Positions 1 through 11,439 of a DNA stretch of 32,000 nt are shown one piece after another. Made by a program: the position numbers and the translations under genes. Position 1 is the stretch's first letter. The number at the start of each line of letters is the position of its first letter. The stretch covers positions 1,770,001-1,802,000 of the forward strand of contig NZ_CP013213.1 of assembly GCF_001545095.1 (NCBI RefSeq), in the 5' to 3' direction. The notes below the pieces were generated by a model, which worked only from the letters and a program-made list of their open reading frames with translations, was not told the DNA's origin and did no database searches. Source of the DNA: Erysipelothrix larvae (GTDB taxonomy: Bacteria; Bacillota_I; Bacilli_A; Erysipelotrichales; Erysipelotrichaceae).

Positions 1-553
1 TTTGCTGACTTCCTTCAAGTTCACAAATCGCATCCCCAATGACTCCATGATTGTCGATAATTAGATCAGACACTTCATATAAGCGTTTGCCGCTTGAGTG
101 TCTTGACGAGACAGATTTTGAATATTCTAAGTTTGTGATTGCTACAACGTGTGCTCCATTTTCTTTTGCTACTAAAGCTACATCGATACCAGCGCTGTTT
201 CGACCAGACACTGAATGAACAATAAGAAGATCGTTGGTTTTAAAATTTGCTTTCATTGCAATGACTCTACCATATCCCTCAAGTCGCTCAATTTGACTTG
301 TAATAGTTATAGGCTCATTATCAATGGACAATTCCCGTGGAAATATTGGATTAAAGAGCATAAACCCTCCAGCACGATAATACATTTCACAACTAATAAT
401 TCCTGCATGACCTGCACCAAATATATAGATACTTTGTTTATTCACGACCGCTTCGTAGAGCATTTCAGAAAGTGTTACAATTTTTTGTGTTTCTTCGTTG
501 GATACACGTTCAATATTCTCTTTGATTTTATCAAAGAACTGGAAGGACATCAT
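1..553 (-). CDS. SIS (sugar isomerase/phosphosugar-binding) domain protein; the 3' end runs off the window
   Basis: My reverse-strand translation from ATG 553..551 reads MMSFQFFDKIKENIERVSNEETQKIVTLSEMLYEAVVNKQSIYIFGAGHAGIISCEMYYRAGGF...LLIVHSVSGRNSAGIDVALVAKENGAHVVAITN. This is a SIS-like pattern. The start overlaps the EIIC stop (ATGA at 553..550). It is absent from the ORF track because no stop lies in the window. Confidence 0.7.
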   Translation of the reverse strand, partial: MMSFQFFDKIKENIERVSNEETQKIVTLSEMLYEAVVNKQSIYIFGAGHAGIISCEMYYRAGGFMLFNPIFPRELSIDNEPITITSQIERLEGYGRVIAMKANFKTNDLLIVHSVSGRNSAGIDVALVAKENGAHVVAITNLEYSKSVSSRHSSGKRLYEVSDLIIDNHGVIGDAICELEGSQQ

Positions 554-1815
554 AGAATGCCACCAAACAGGCTAGCAATCCAACGTACAATTGAACCAAA
601 GAATGAGAAGTCATTCCCTCCAAATATTAAGAGCCAGTTAGAAATCGTGTTTTGATACACCATTACAGAGATTCCCATGAACGCAACCATTACAATTGAA
701 GCTACAACGGTTCCAATAATGGATCCGCGAAGTCCTCCTGTACCTTCTCCGATGACTGCAGCAGTCCCTACTTCAAAGAATGAAGTAATTACTAATGGAA
801 TCAACATTACACCAAAGAGATTCATCGAGTTTGCGATAACAAGTGCCGCTGTAGATGTAATCATTGCAACAACAAACCCAAGAATTACTGCATTAGGCTT
901 GTAGTTGAAGATAATTGGACAGTCAAATGCAGGTAATGCATCTGGAACAAGCTTCTCTGAGATCCCCTGAAATGCAGGAACGATTTGGTTTATCAACATA
1001 CGTACTCCTTGTAGCATGATGAGAAGACCTGCACCAAAACTAAGTCCGTTTTCCACGGCATACATAAAGAGATTTGATCCTTCTGGAGTTAACTCAGGAA
1101 TGATAAGTCCCACTACGATAAACATTATGAAGATTACAATGCCACCCGTAATGGATATTTCTCTTAAGAATGAAAGTCCTGAAGGTAGGTTGAGATCTTC
1201 TGTTGATTTTTCTGTGTTTCCAAACTTCGATGCTACAAATCCTGAAATGAGTGATAGCATACCTGTTGGATGCCCAATTGTAAATGACTCGTCACCTGTT
1301 GTCTTCCATACATACTTTCTCAGTACCCATGGCATAATTGACCAATACAATGCAGAACAGATTGCTCCAAAAATGATTAATGCAACGCCAGATAATCCAC
1401 CTTCAACACCTGCTGCAACGAAAATGAATGGGAACCACCAAATCATATGTCCTGTAAGAAAGATTGTTTTGATTGGGGTAAAGCGTGCAATAAGCAAATG
1501 AATCATTAGTCCTAAAAACATGGCCATCCCCACATCAGCCCCATATTGTGCCGTAAAGGTGACATCATTAAGTCCATCAGTTACAACACCTCCTACGATA
1601 TTTGAAAATGCAGTATTAATTGGTGCGATAGCCCCTACAAGCACACCCACGCCAAAGTCTAAGATAACCATGCCAAATGCCGCAAGTAGCGCTCCCTTAA
1701 TCACATCTCCAATTGGTTTCTTAAGAATCATCAATCCCGTTGCCGCGACCAACCCCAATAAAATTGACGGGTTACGAATGATATTCTGAGTTACAAAGTT
1801 GAATACAGCTTCCAT
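550..1815 (-). CDS. PTS ascorbate-family (UlaA/SgaT-type) EIIC permease
   Basis: 421-aa polytopic membrane protein. The N-terminus MEAVFNFVTQNIIRNPSILLGLVA and overall pattern are typical of the SgaT/UlaA family. It sits directly downstream of a UlaB-type EIIB. Confidence 0.85.
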   Translation of the reverse strand: MEAVFNFVTQNIIRNPSILLGLVAATGLMILKKPIGDVIKGALLAAFGMVILDFGVGVLVGAIAPINTAFSNIVGGVVTDGLNDVTFTAQYGADVGMAMFLGLMIHLLIARFTPIKTIFLTGHMIWWFPFIFVAAGVEGGLSGVALIIFGAICSALYWSIMPWVLRKYVWKTTGDESFTIGHPTGMLSLISGFVASKFGNTEKSTEDLNLPSGLSFLREISITGGIVIFIMFIVVGLIIPELTPEGSNLFMYAVENGLSFGAGLLIMLQGVRMLINQIVPAFQGISEKLVPDALPAFDCPIIFNYKPNAVILGFVVAMITSTAALVIANSMNLFGVMLIPLVITSFFEVGTAAVIGEGTGGLRGSIIGTVVASIVMVAFMGISVMVYQNTISNWLLIFGGNDFSFFGSIVRWIASLFGGIL

Positions 1816-1830
1816 TATATTTTCCTCCTC

Positions 1831-2097
1831 TTAAATATATTCTTGTAATTTTCCCTTTACCTCTTCTTTGTCCATATAACGATGAATCGCAACTACAGGA
1901 CATTTAACACTTGATCGTAGTTGTGTTGCAAGCTCGTTGCTTGTAAACACTAAGTCTACTTGCGCACCCTGGGCACTGCTAACATCCGTATTTTCTACTT
2001 CCGCAACAATTCCCAAATCTTTACAAGCTTTCTCAATACTCATACGTAGGATCATTGATGATCCAACTCCAAATCCACATACAGCTAGAATTTTCAT
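1831..2097 (-). CDS. PTS ascorbate-family EIIB (UlaB/SgaB-type)
   Basis: 88 aa. MKILAVCGFGVGSSMILRM carries the phospho-Cys loop typical of PTS_IIB (Lac/Asc type). Its start overlaps the regulator stop (ATGA at 2097..2094). Confidence 0.85.
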   Translation of the reverse strand: MKILAVCGFGVGSSMILRMSIEKACKDLGIVAEVENTDVSSAQGAQVDLVFTSNELATQLRSSVKCPVVAIHRYMDKEEVKGKLQEYI

Positions 2098-4019
2098 AGG
2101 TCTCCTCCTTCCTTTAGTACGCGTAAGATTGTTTCAATATCTCCATCTTTAATCTGTTGAAGTTTTTCATCAACTGATATTATCTCCGTTAATCCGGCAA
2201 GTGCCTTTAGATGCGTGTGATTATCTACAGTCGCTAATACCATGAATATTTTTACAGGATTACCCTTAAGATCTACAGGCTCGTTTACTTTAAGTAACGA
2301 TATTGCAACTTCTTTAACATTGCCCTGATTTGATGCATGTGGTAATGCAAACTCATCTGCTAAAACAATGTAGGGCCCATATTGCTCAACGGCCGAAATC
2401 ATTGCATCCACATAGTCTTGCGTAAACACCCCTTCGTTTAGTAAGGGTTTACTGGCAAATTGTATGGCTACTTTCCAATCAGATATTGAATCAATGATTT
2501 GAATTCGATCTCGATTTATTACTTCATTTAACATAGGTTGTCCACTCCTTCCTTCATTTTTGGTTTCTAATACATCCGATAGAGCTTGGATGAGTTGGGG
2601 ACGGTTATGAACTGTTGTATATTTTTCTATAATTTTCATAACCTGTATTTCTAGATGCTTCGTTTCTTTTTTTTCTGATCCAAATTCTGTAAAGAGTCTG
2701 TCACAATCACTTTCTGATAAAATTGGATTAACCTTTATGACATTTTGAAACTGGGGCAAATCCAGTGTGGTGATAATTGCATCATAATGTTCGACAATGT
2801 TACCCAATTGATTGATAGACAAGACATCAATGACATCAATACTTGAAAACCCCTTTTCAATTTGATTTCGTAGATGGTGGGCAACAGCTCGTCCTTGTGG
2901 ACATACGAGAATTACCCGGTGTTGCATCGTTGGTTCTTCCCTTTTGTCATACAGATATCCACCAATGTATGCAACTACAAATCCAATTTCTTCATCACGC
3001 ATTTTATGAAAAATACTAATGTGATCAATCGAACGGATTGTGTTTTTCACAATCATGAACATATAAAAGTACTTTACTCTGATATCGTTCAGGCTTTGAT
3101 TCAAAGCAGGAAATCCGAACTTAATTCGATAAAATGATGCAATCAAATGATTTTCAAGACTTGCCTTAAAACTATCATTCCATGTAACATTTAGTGCCAT
3201 ACGAATCTTTATTTCTTTCAACAATTCACTCACATATAGGTGAACAATATTTGAGACATCTTGATGACCACAAGAGTATAAACTCAATATGTATGCTTTG
3301 AGATAATCTGCCTCCTGATCATTTTCTATATTAAGTATTTCCCGAACATCAATATCTACTGTTTCTATAAATGACTGATTCAAATTTAACATTTGGTAAA
3401 TTGAGACACTTTGATGTTTTCTTCTTTTATCGATAAATTTTATAAATTTACTGAGATAAAACATTGAGTAATCCGACAAGACCAATTGATTTCTTTCATT
3501 AAATTGAATAACAGAATCCAAGATATCCTGATATTGAAAATCCATCACATTCAACATACTAAGATATACATCCCTAATTTTGTATTCAGGACCAGTAACT
3601 AAATAGTGTTTGTTGTAATCCAGAGACAGCCCATCTTGATATAATCGAGAACGGATCGCTTCAATATCCGCAAATACTGTTGTCTTACTTACACTAAATG
3701 CAGTTAGGTAATCATCGAGTGTTTTATGTTCTTCTTCAAGTATTGAATATAAAATCCGATCTTGCCTTTCAATGCGATCATAATAAGGTTCAAACACACG
3801 CTGAGCAAGTGTCGTATTAATCGCTTCAACATCACCTTCTAGTATTAATACATCTTGGTTTATTCTTAACTTGCCTAAGCCAGATAACTCATAATTGATT
3901 TCTTCAAGATCGTAAAATAATGTACGTTTTGATATATCATAAATACCCATGATTGTGGAAATATCAACTACTTTGTTATTTACCATAATGTGAAGCATTT
4001 CTATTTGCCGTGTTCTCAT
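2094..4019 (-). CDS. BglG/MtlR/LicR-type PRD-containing transcriptional regulator with EIIB-like and C-terminal EIIA(Mtl/Fru-type) domains
   Basis: 641 aa. It has an N-terminal wHTH (DISKRTLFYDLEEINYEL), central PRD-like repeats, an EIIB(Gat)-like segment (RVILVCPQGRAVAHHLRNQIE) and a C-terminal PTS_EIIA_2-like domain (ADEFALPHASNQG). SD is AAAGGGGA 5 nt before the ATG. Confidence 0.8.
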   Translation of the reverse strand: MRTRQIEMLHIMVNNKVVDISTIMGIYDISKRTLFYDLEEINYELSGLGKLRINQDVLILEGDVEAINTTLAQRVFEPYYDRIERQDRILYSILEEEHKTLDDYLTAFSVSKTTVFADIEAIRSRLYQDGLSLDYNKHYLVTGPEYKIRDVYLSMLNVMDFQYQDILDSVIQFNERNQLVLSDYSMFYLSKFIKFIDKRRKHQSVSIYQMLNLNQSFIETVDIDVREILNIENDQEADYLKAYILSLYSCGHQDVSNIVHLYVSELLKEIKIRMALNVTWNDSFKASLENHLIASFYRIKFGFPALNQSLNDIRVKYFYMFMIVKNTIRSIDHISIFHKMRDEEIGFVVAYIGGYLYDKREEPTMQHRVILVCPQGRAVAHHLRNQIEKGFSSIDVIDVLSINQLGNIVEHYDAIITTLDLPQFQNVIKVNPILSESDCDRLFTEFGSEKKETKHLEIQVMKIIEKYTTVHNRPQLIQALSDVLETKNEGRSGQPMLNEVINRDRIQIIDSISDWKVAIQFASKPLLNEGVFTQDYVDAMISAVEQYGPYIVLADEFALPHASNQGNVKEVAISLLKVNEPVDLKGNPVKIFMVLATVDNHTHLKALAGLTEIISVDEKLQQIKDGDIETILRVLKEGGDL

Positions 4020-4961
4020 AATATCCCCTTTCGTTCTCCTTGAAGTGTGATACTTGCTGTGTGCAATCCTTTGAACAAACGTAAATAGAGCATCTCTCTT
4101 TAGGACTCACGTTCTTATAACCTTATCGTGTTTATATATGTGATTTACATAAATATAAACGGTTAATACACGTTATTTTGAGTCTCTCTTTGTTTTTTTC
4201 ACACTCTAATTATGGTTCAATCTCCAATTATGCACAATATCGATATGTTGCACTGATCATTAAGAAATGTCATTTAAATAAGAACAAATTATACACTTCA
4301 TCTTGTACCAATCCTTCCCTTCATTGTTTTGTAGCATGGATTTTTTATCGTTTCTTTTTGCATGTGACCACACAGTATTATAAGCAATAGTCTTTGATTT
4401 GATTCAACCCAGACCTAATCACAAACAGAAACTGCAAACCGTTAACCTTGACATATCTAGCCACTTTACCGCTATTTATTAAATATAAGGACTATTTTAT
4501 TGACTAAAAGTGACTCATTTCGTGTAAATTCAGTACGGTAAGCACAGTACACATTTGTGCCAATCCTTACCTCTATGTTTACTTGTAATCCCACACATTC
4601 CAATCGATGTTTCGCGTCAAGACCACATTTTATACACACCATTCGATTACAATAATCCCACATCTAAAGTTTGCATTGAAGTGATTTTATTTTAAAAATT
4701 TTGATCAACTTTACCCACATAATTTGTAATTGATGCTAGTTAATTACAATTTATAAGATTCTTATAGTTATCAAAGTGTATTGGTGTTGTTATTCTATCA
4801 TGTTCAATTTAGGGTATGAAACCTATTCCCAAAAAGAAAACACTGTTTCATATATTTCTATTTCATGAATGAATTCATTTAAAGAACCATTCATCATAAT
4901 CACTTTTCATAAACTGTGTTATGGTAAGCTTTATCATGATAGAGGAATACCTACTATCGAG

Positions 4962-5237
4962 TCATGTTTTCTTTGTGTATGCGATATAAAAAGAAGATTC
5001 AATCGGATGAAGTTGGGATGGATTGAAGGTGAATGAGCGAGTGGCTTCATTGATTGATACTTGTATATCCCAATCTACAAATCTCACAAAGAAACAGAGA
5101 TAAAGTAATGTTAAGACACTACCAACCAAGACAGACCATACTTCAACATGAATGGTATAAATCCTTGACATAACCTTCTTTATTGATAGGTCTTTTGTAT
5201 CATCAGTGACCTGTTTATCATATTGTTTTGGCTTCAT
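4962..5237 (-). CDS. Hypothetical small protein with one predicted TM helix (doubtful gene)
   Basis: 91-aa ORF with a hydrophobic stretch VWSVLVGSVLTLLYLCFFV. There is no convincing SD upstream and no family recognised. Confidence 0.2.
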   Translation of the reverse strand: MKPKQYDKQVTDDTKDLSIKKVMSRIYTIHVEVWSVLVGSVLTLLYLCFFVRFVDWDIQVSINEATRSFTFNPSQLHPIESSFYIAYTKKT

Positions 5238-5326
5238 AAAGCAAAATCACAACGTTGATATAGGTAACAAACATAAAAATTACAATAAGTTGTAATAAGA
5301 GCCCTTAGGATTTACCATTTAGGTTT

Positions 5327-5362
5327 AAACATAAAATATGCAAGGTAGTTATCCTTGCATAT
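5327..5362 (-). terminator. Rho-independent terminator downstream of the 6-phospho-beta-glucosidase gene
   Basis: Perfect 10-bp inverted repeat ATATGCAAGG (5336-5345) / CCTTGCATAT (5353-5362) with a 7-nt loop. On the minus strand it is followed by TTTTATGTTT. Confidence 0.6.
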
Positions 5363-5425
5363 TTCTTATTACATAGATTTCATTACACAGGTAAAGCGTA
5401 CAGTGCGTGAAATTGTGTGTTTATA

Positions 5426-8148
<2,723 letters not shown>

Positions 8149-8223
8149 AAACTTCCCTCCTACCCTCAATATATCACGCATTTTCTTGAATATAGGCTTC
8201 TTCATAAGAAAGTATTTCCAGGT

Positions 8224-8253
8224 AAAAAAACCACTTTCATATTATGAAAGTGG
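8224..8253 (-). terminator. Hairpin plus U-tract at the end of the RpiR gene
   Basis: Arms CCACTTTCATA (8231-8241) and TATGAAAGTGG (8243-8253) are perfectly complementary. On the minus strand they are followed by TTTTTTT (A-run 8224-8230 on the plus strand). The rpiR stop codon (8242-8244) sits at the hairpin tip. Confidence 0.6.
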
Positions 8254-9063
8254 CTTGATGTTACCATAGAGTTGATAGTATTTGTTGATGAGCACTTCAA
8301 AGAACAATTGCAGCTTATAGCGTCCTACTTTAGGGTGTTTATAGTTTCCCAATTGAACCACTTCATCAAATGAGTCAATACGTTTGATGGTGATGTTTTG
8401 AGTAATAAGAATCTTCTTCGCATCAGTTTCGACAAGTTCATTCATAAAATATCCACGCTTATTAATCAGATTTCCATCGGCAGAAGCAACCAAGACCAAG
8501 GTATCTTTATCAATTGTCTCAATGCTGTCAATTTGAAGTTGTGCTGTTGGAAAGTACGCAATGTTTTTCCCAATACACAAAAGCATGTATTGAAAGTTAC
8601 TCACAACATTCCCGGATAACTGAGCTCCATAGACATACACCTTCTTCGCTTTTTTTATGGAATGACAGAGGTTTTCAATAACGGCGAAATTGATTTGTTC
8701 ATCAAAGTCTAAGAGTGCATCATAGATGAGTTCAATGTAATTACTGAGTGTTTGGGAATCATGAATTGAATCAAACTTCAGATTTGCTTCATTGTCTTTA
8801 AACAACTCACTCCCAATCTTTTCAATTCTTAAGTATGTACCTTTCATTTGACCAAAGGACTCAAACCCAATCTTGCGACAAAACCGTGAGACCGTTGCTT
8901 GGGATGTATAACATTCTTTCGCAAGTGTTTCAATGTCTAGGTCGACAAGTGGAGGTGCGATGTTCTCGATTAAAAACCGAGCAATCGCCACATCAGCATC
9001 GGATTTGGAAGCATGAGATGAATTATTCACAATATTTTGTAGTGTTGACAGAAGTTCTTCCAT
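8242..9063 (-). CDS. MurR/RpiR-family transcriptional regulator (HTH_6 plus SIS domain)
   Basis: 273 aa. The N-terminal RpiR-type HTH is LAKECYTSQATVSRFCRKIGFESF. The C-terminal SIS-like segment is KVYVYGAQLSGNV...TLVLVASADGN. Confidence 0.85.
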   Translation of the reverse strand: MEELLSTLQNIVNNSSHASKSDADVAIARFLIENIAPPLVDLDIETLAKECYTSQATVSRFCRKIGFESFGQMKGTYLRIEKIGSELFKDNEANLKFDSIHDSQTLSNYIELIYDALLDFDEQINFAVIENLCHSIKKAKKVYVYGAQLSGNVVSNFQYMLLCIGKNIAYFPTAQLQIDSIETIDKDTLVLVASADGNLINKRGYFMNELVETDAKKILITQNITIKRIDSFDEVVQLGNYKHPKVGRYKLQLFFEVLINKYYQLYGNIKPLS

Positions 9064-9083
9064 GTGTTCACCGCCTTAAGTTC

Positions 9084-9092
9084 ATTATACCA
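9084..9092 (-). promoter_or_regulatory. Candidate extended -10 (TGGTATAAT) for the RpiR gene
   Basis: The minus strand reads TTTGGTATAATGAACTTAAGGCGGTGAACAATG, with the TGnTATAAT element about 20 nt upstream of the ATG. The -35 is weak. Confidence 0.35.
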
Positions 9093-9644
9093 AAGGTCCC
9101 TCTATATCGTTTGACTTTTTTTCATATTATCCATTGAATTTCTAGATACATCACACGCCTAATATCTAAACAATTACCATACGTTTGTACTTTCTCTCTA
9201 ATGTCATGACCCGACGTTCCCCATTTATTAAAAATGAGTGTGATGAATCCTGGTTTACCACTTTATGGATGCATTGATGATGGGTTTAGAAACTTCTTTT
9301 CCAAATGAAGAAAGATAATTACATATATGTGACATTTATTATGATTGACGATAAGATCATCACGTAAATCTTTTGTATAGGCACTGATCAATAATAAGAG
9401 GAAAACAGTGCTTTATGTACATTTTTCTTAGTCGCTTTTTCCATTCACTACATTCATGTACAAACAGGTGTTTTTTTTACCTTCAATAATCATGCGAATT
9501 TTGGGAATCAGATTATTCTAATACCATCGAAATCAAATTTACCAATTTATGAAGGATTCTTCATTTCAATAACTCACTTTGCTTGTGGATTATTCTTGGT
9601 GAATATCCTTGAACTATCTTGGTGTTTGATCCTTTGTTTTAAAG

Positions 9645-9674
9645 GATAAGAAAAACAACACCTGAGTGTTGTTT
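9645..9674 (-). terminator. Rho-independent terminator of the ABC exporter operon
   Basis: 9-bp stem AAACAACAC (9653-9661) / GTGTTGTTT (9666-9674) with a 4-nt loop. It overlaps the stop codon. On the minus strand it is followed by TTTTTCTTATCCTTT. Confidence 0.65.
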
Positions 9675-11439
9675 AGTCTTTCGCAAGTTCAAACTGACTG
9701 TTATACAGTTCAGCATAGAACCCTTTATTTTGTAGAAGTTGTTCGTGGTTCCCTTGTTCTACAATATTCCCATCCCTTACCACAAGAATGATGTCTGCAT
9801 TGCGTATGGTTGTGAGTCGGTGTGCAATCACAAAGCTTGTACGACCCTGCATTGCGGTTTGAAGTGCATCTTGAATGCGTTGATCAAGACGCGTATCAAT
9901 GGATGAGGTTGCTTCATCAAGGATCATAATCTTTGGATCACTTAGCAGTGCACGTGCAATGGTAATGAGTTGCTTTTCACCATTGGAAATGTTGTTTGTT
10001 TCTTCATTAAGGATCATATCATAGCCATCTGGAAGGGTTTGAATAAAGTGATGAACGTTTGCTTTTTTACTTGCTTCAATCACTTCATCCATTGTCGCAT
10101 CTTTTTTACCGTAACGAATGTTATCGGCGATGCTTCCACTAAAGAGCCAAGTATCTTGAAGGACCATACCAAAGTATGATCGCAAGGTATCGCGGTTCAT
10201 ATCCCGTAAGTCAACACCATCAATCTTGATTGAGCCTTTTTCGACATCATAAAACCGCATTAGAAGATTGATCAAGGTTGTTTTACCCGCACCGGTTGGT
10301 CCAACAATCGCAACCAATTGTCCAGGTTGAATTTCAGCACTAAGGTCTTTGATGATTGGTGTTGAGTTGTATCCAAATTCTACATGGTTAAAAGACACTG
10401 CTCCTTGAAATGGGGTGGGTATGACTGGGTAGTCTGGATCTTTGATATCATCGGCTTCGTTGAGAAAACCAAAGACACGGTCCATTGCTGCAAAGGAACT
10501 TTGAATGGCAGCTGAGAGTTGTGTCATTTGACTCATCGGTTGGTTTACTTGCCAGACATAACGAATAAAGGCTTGTAAGTTCCCAACAAGCATTGCACCA
10601 GCCAGAACCTTATTGGCCCCTAAGAAGATGGTTGTTGCGATGGCAAGATAGGTAAGCATGGAGACACTGGGTCCCATGAGTCCTGAGACAAAGGATGATT
10701 TGAACCCATACTCACACAACGCTTCATTGGCTTTTTTGAATGTTTGAATGGTTTCTTCTTGGTAGTTATAAAGTTTTATTTGCGCAAACCCCGTGAGGTT
10801 TTCTTGGGTAATGGCATTGAGGTTTCCCAGTGCTTTTTGGGTATTTCTAAAGCCAATTTGCGAGTGTTTTACGATAAAGCGTGATGCAATGAGTGTTAAT
10901 GGAATGATTGATATACCAATCCATGCCAATTGAACATCAATTACAAACATCATGATAATTGCCACAACCAACATAATAATTGCTTGGAATATGGCTGCAA
11001 AGGATTGTTGGAGGGCATTGGATATAGCTTCAACATCCGTTGACATTCGACTCATTAAGTCCCCCGTTTGATGGGCGTCATAGTATCGAATTGGCACGCG
11101 TGTTATTTTTTCTTTTACTGCGATTCTGAGGTCATAGGTTGCGGATTGAATTGCATTCGCAAGCAACGATTGTAAGATGAGTCGTAATCCTGCATTGAGT
11201 GTATAGACAACAAAGAGTATGGTTAAAAACCTAAAGATGACATCCACTTGAATCTGTGCCCCTTTAACACCTTGGGCGATGTCTTTTACATCACTTAACA
11301 GTTGTGTCGTGATGTTTCCTTCGATAAGGGGTGCCAGTGCAACCATGAGGACAATCACAATGGATAAGAGTGCAACAAGGATGAGTTGTTTCCAATAAGG
11401 TTTTAAAAACGATGTCAGTTGTTTCAGTGATTTACCCAT
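9673..11439 (-). CDS. ABC exporter fused permease/ATPase, subunit carrying the canonical (consensus) ATPase site
   Basis: Six-TM domain plus NBD. Walker A is GPTGAGKTT. Walker B is IMILDEATSSID, with the catalytic Glu. The signature is degenerate (ISNGEKQ). The start is set to ATG 11439 (MGKSLKQL), giving an 8-nt ATGGGTAA overlap with the upstream stop. The track start at 11496 would overlap by 65 nt. Confidence 0.85.
   Translation of the reverse strand: MGKSLKQLTSFLKPYWKQLILVALLSIVIVLMVALAPLIEGNITTQLLSDVKDIAQGVKGAQIQVDVIFRFLTILFVVYTLNAGLRLILQSLLANAIQSATYDLRIAVKEKITRVPIRYYDAHQTGDLMSRMSTDVEAISNALQQSFAAIFQAIIMLVVAIIMMFVIDVQLAWIGISIIPLTLIASRFIVKHSQIGFRNTQKALGNLNAITQENLTGFAQIKLYNYQEETIQTFKKANEALCEYGFKSSFVSGLMGPSVSMLTYLAIATTIFLGANKVLAGAMLVGNLQAFIRYVWQVNQPMSQMTQLSAAIQSSFAAMDRVFGFLNEADDIKDPDYPVIPTPFQGAVSFNHVEFGYNSTPIIKDLSAEIQPGQLVAIVGPTGAGKTTLINLLMRFYDVEKGSIKIDGVDLRDMNRDTLRSYFGMVLQDTWLFSGSIADNIRYGKKDATMDEVIEASKKANVHHFIQTLPDGYDMILNEETNNISNGEKQLITIARALLSDPKIMILDEATSSIDTRLDQRIQDALQTAMQGRTSFVIAHRLTTIRNADIILVVRDGNIVEQGNHEQLLQNKGFYAELYNSQFELAKD

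Noticed and set aside
215-655. 146-aa plus-strand ORF spanning the SIS/EIIC gene junction
   Set aside because: It lies antisense to two well-supported minus-strand genes. Its composition is low-complexity and Cys/Phe-rich, it has no SD and no family resemblance. It is a typical shadow ORF.
4472-4663. 63-aa Cys-containing ORF (CIKCG...) that could be a zinc-ribbon fragment of a transposase
   Set aside because: There is no SD, no flanking inverted repeats, and no further transposase-like sequence in adjacent frames. The resemblance rests on a single CxxC.
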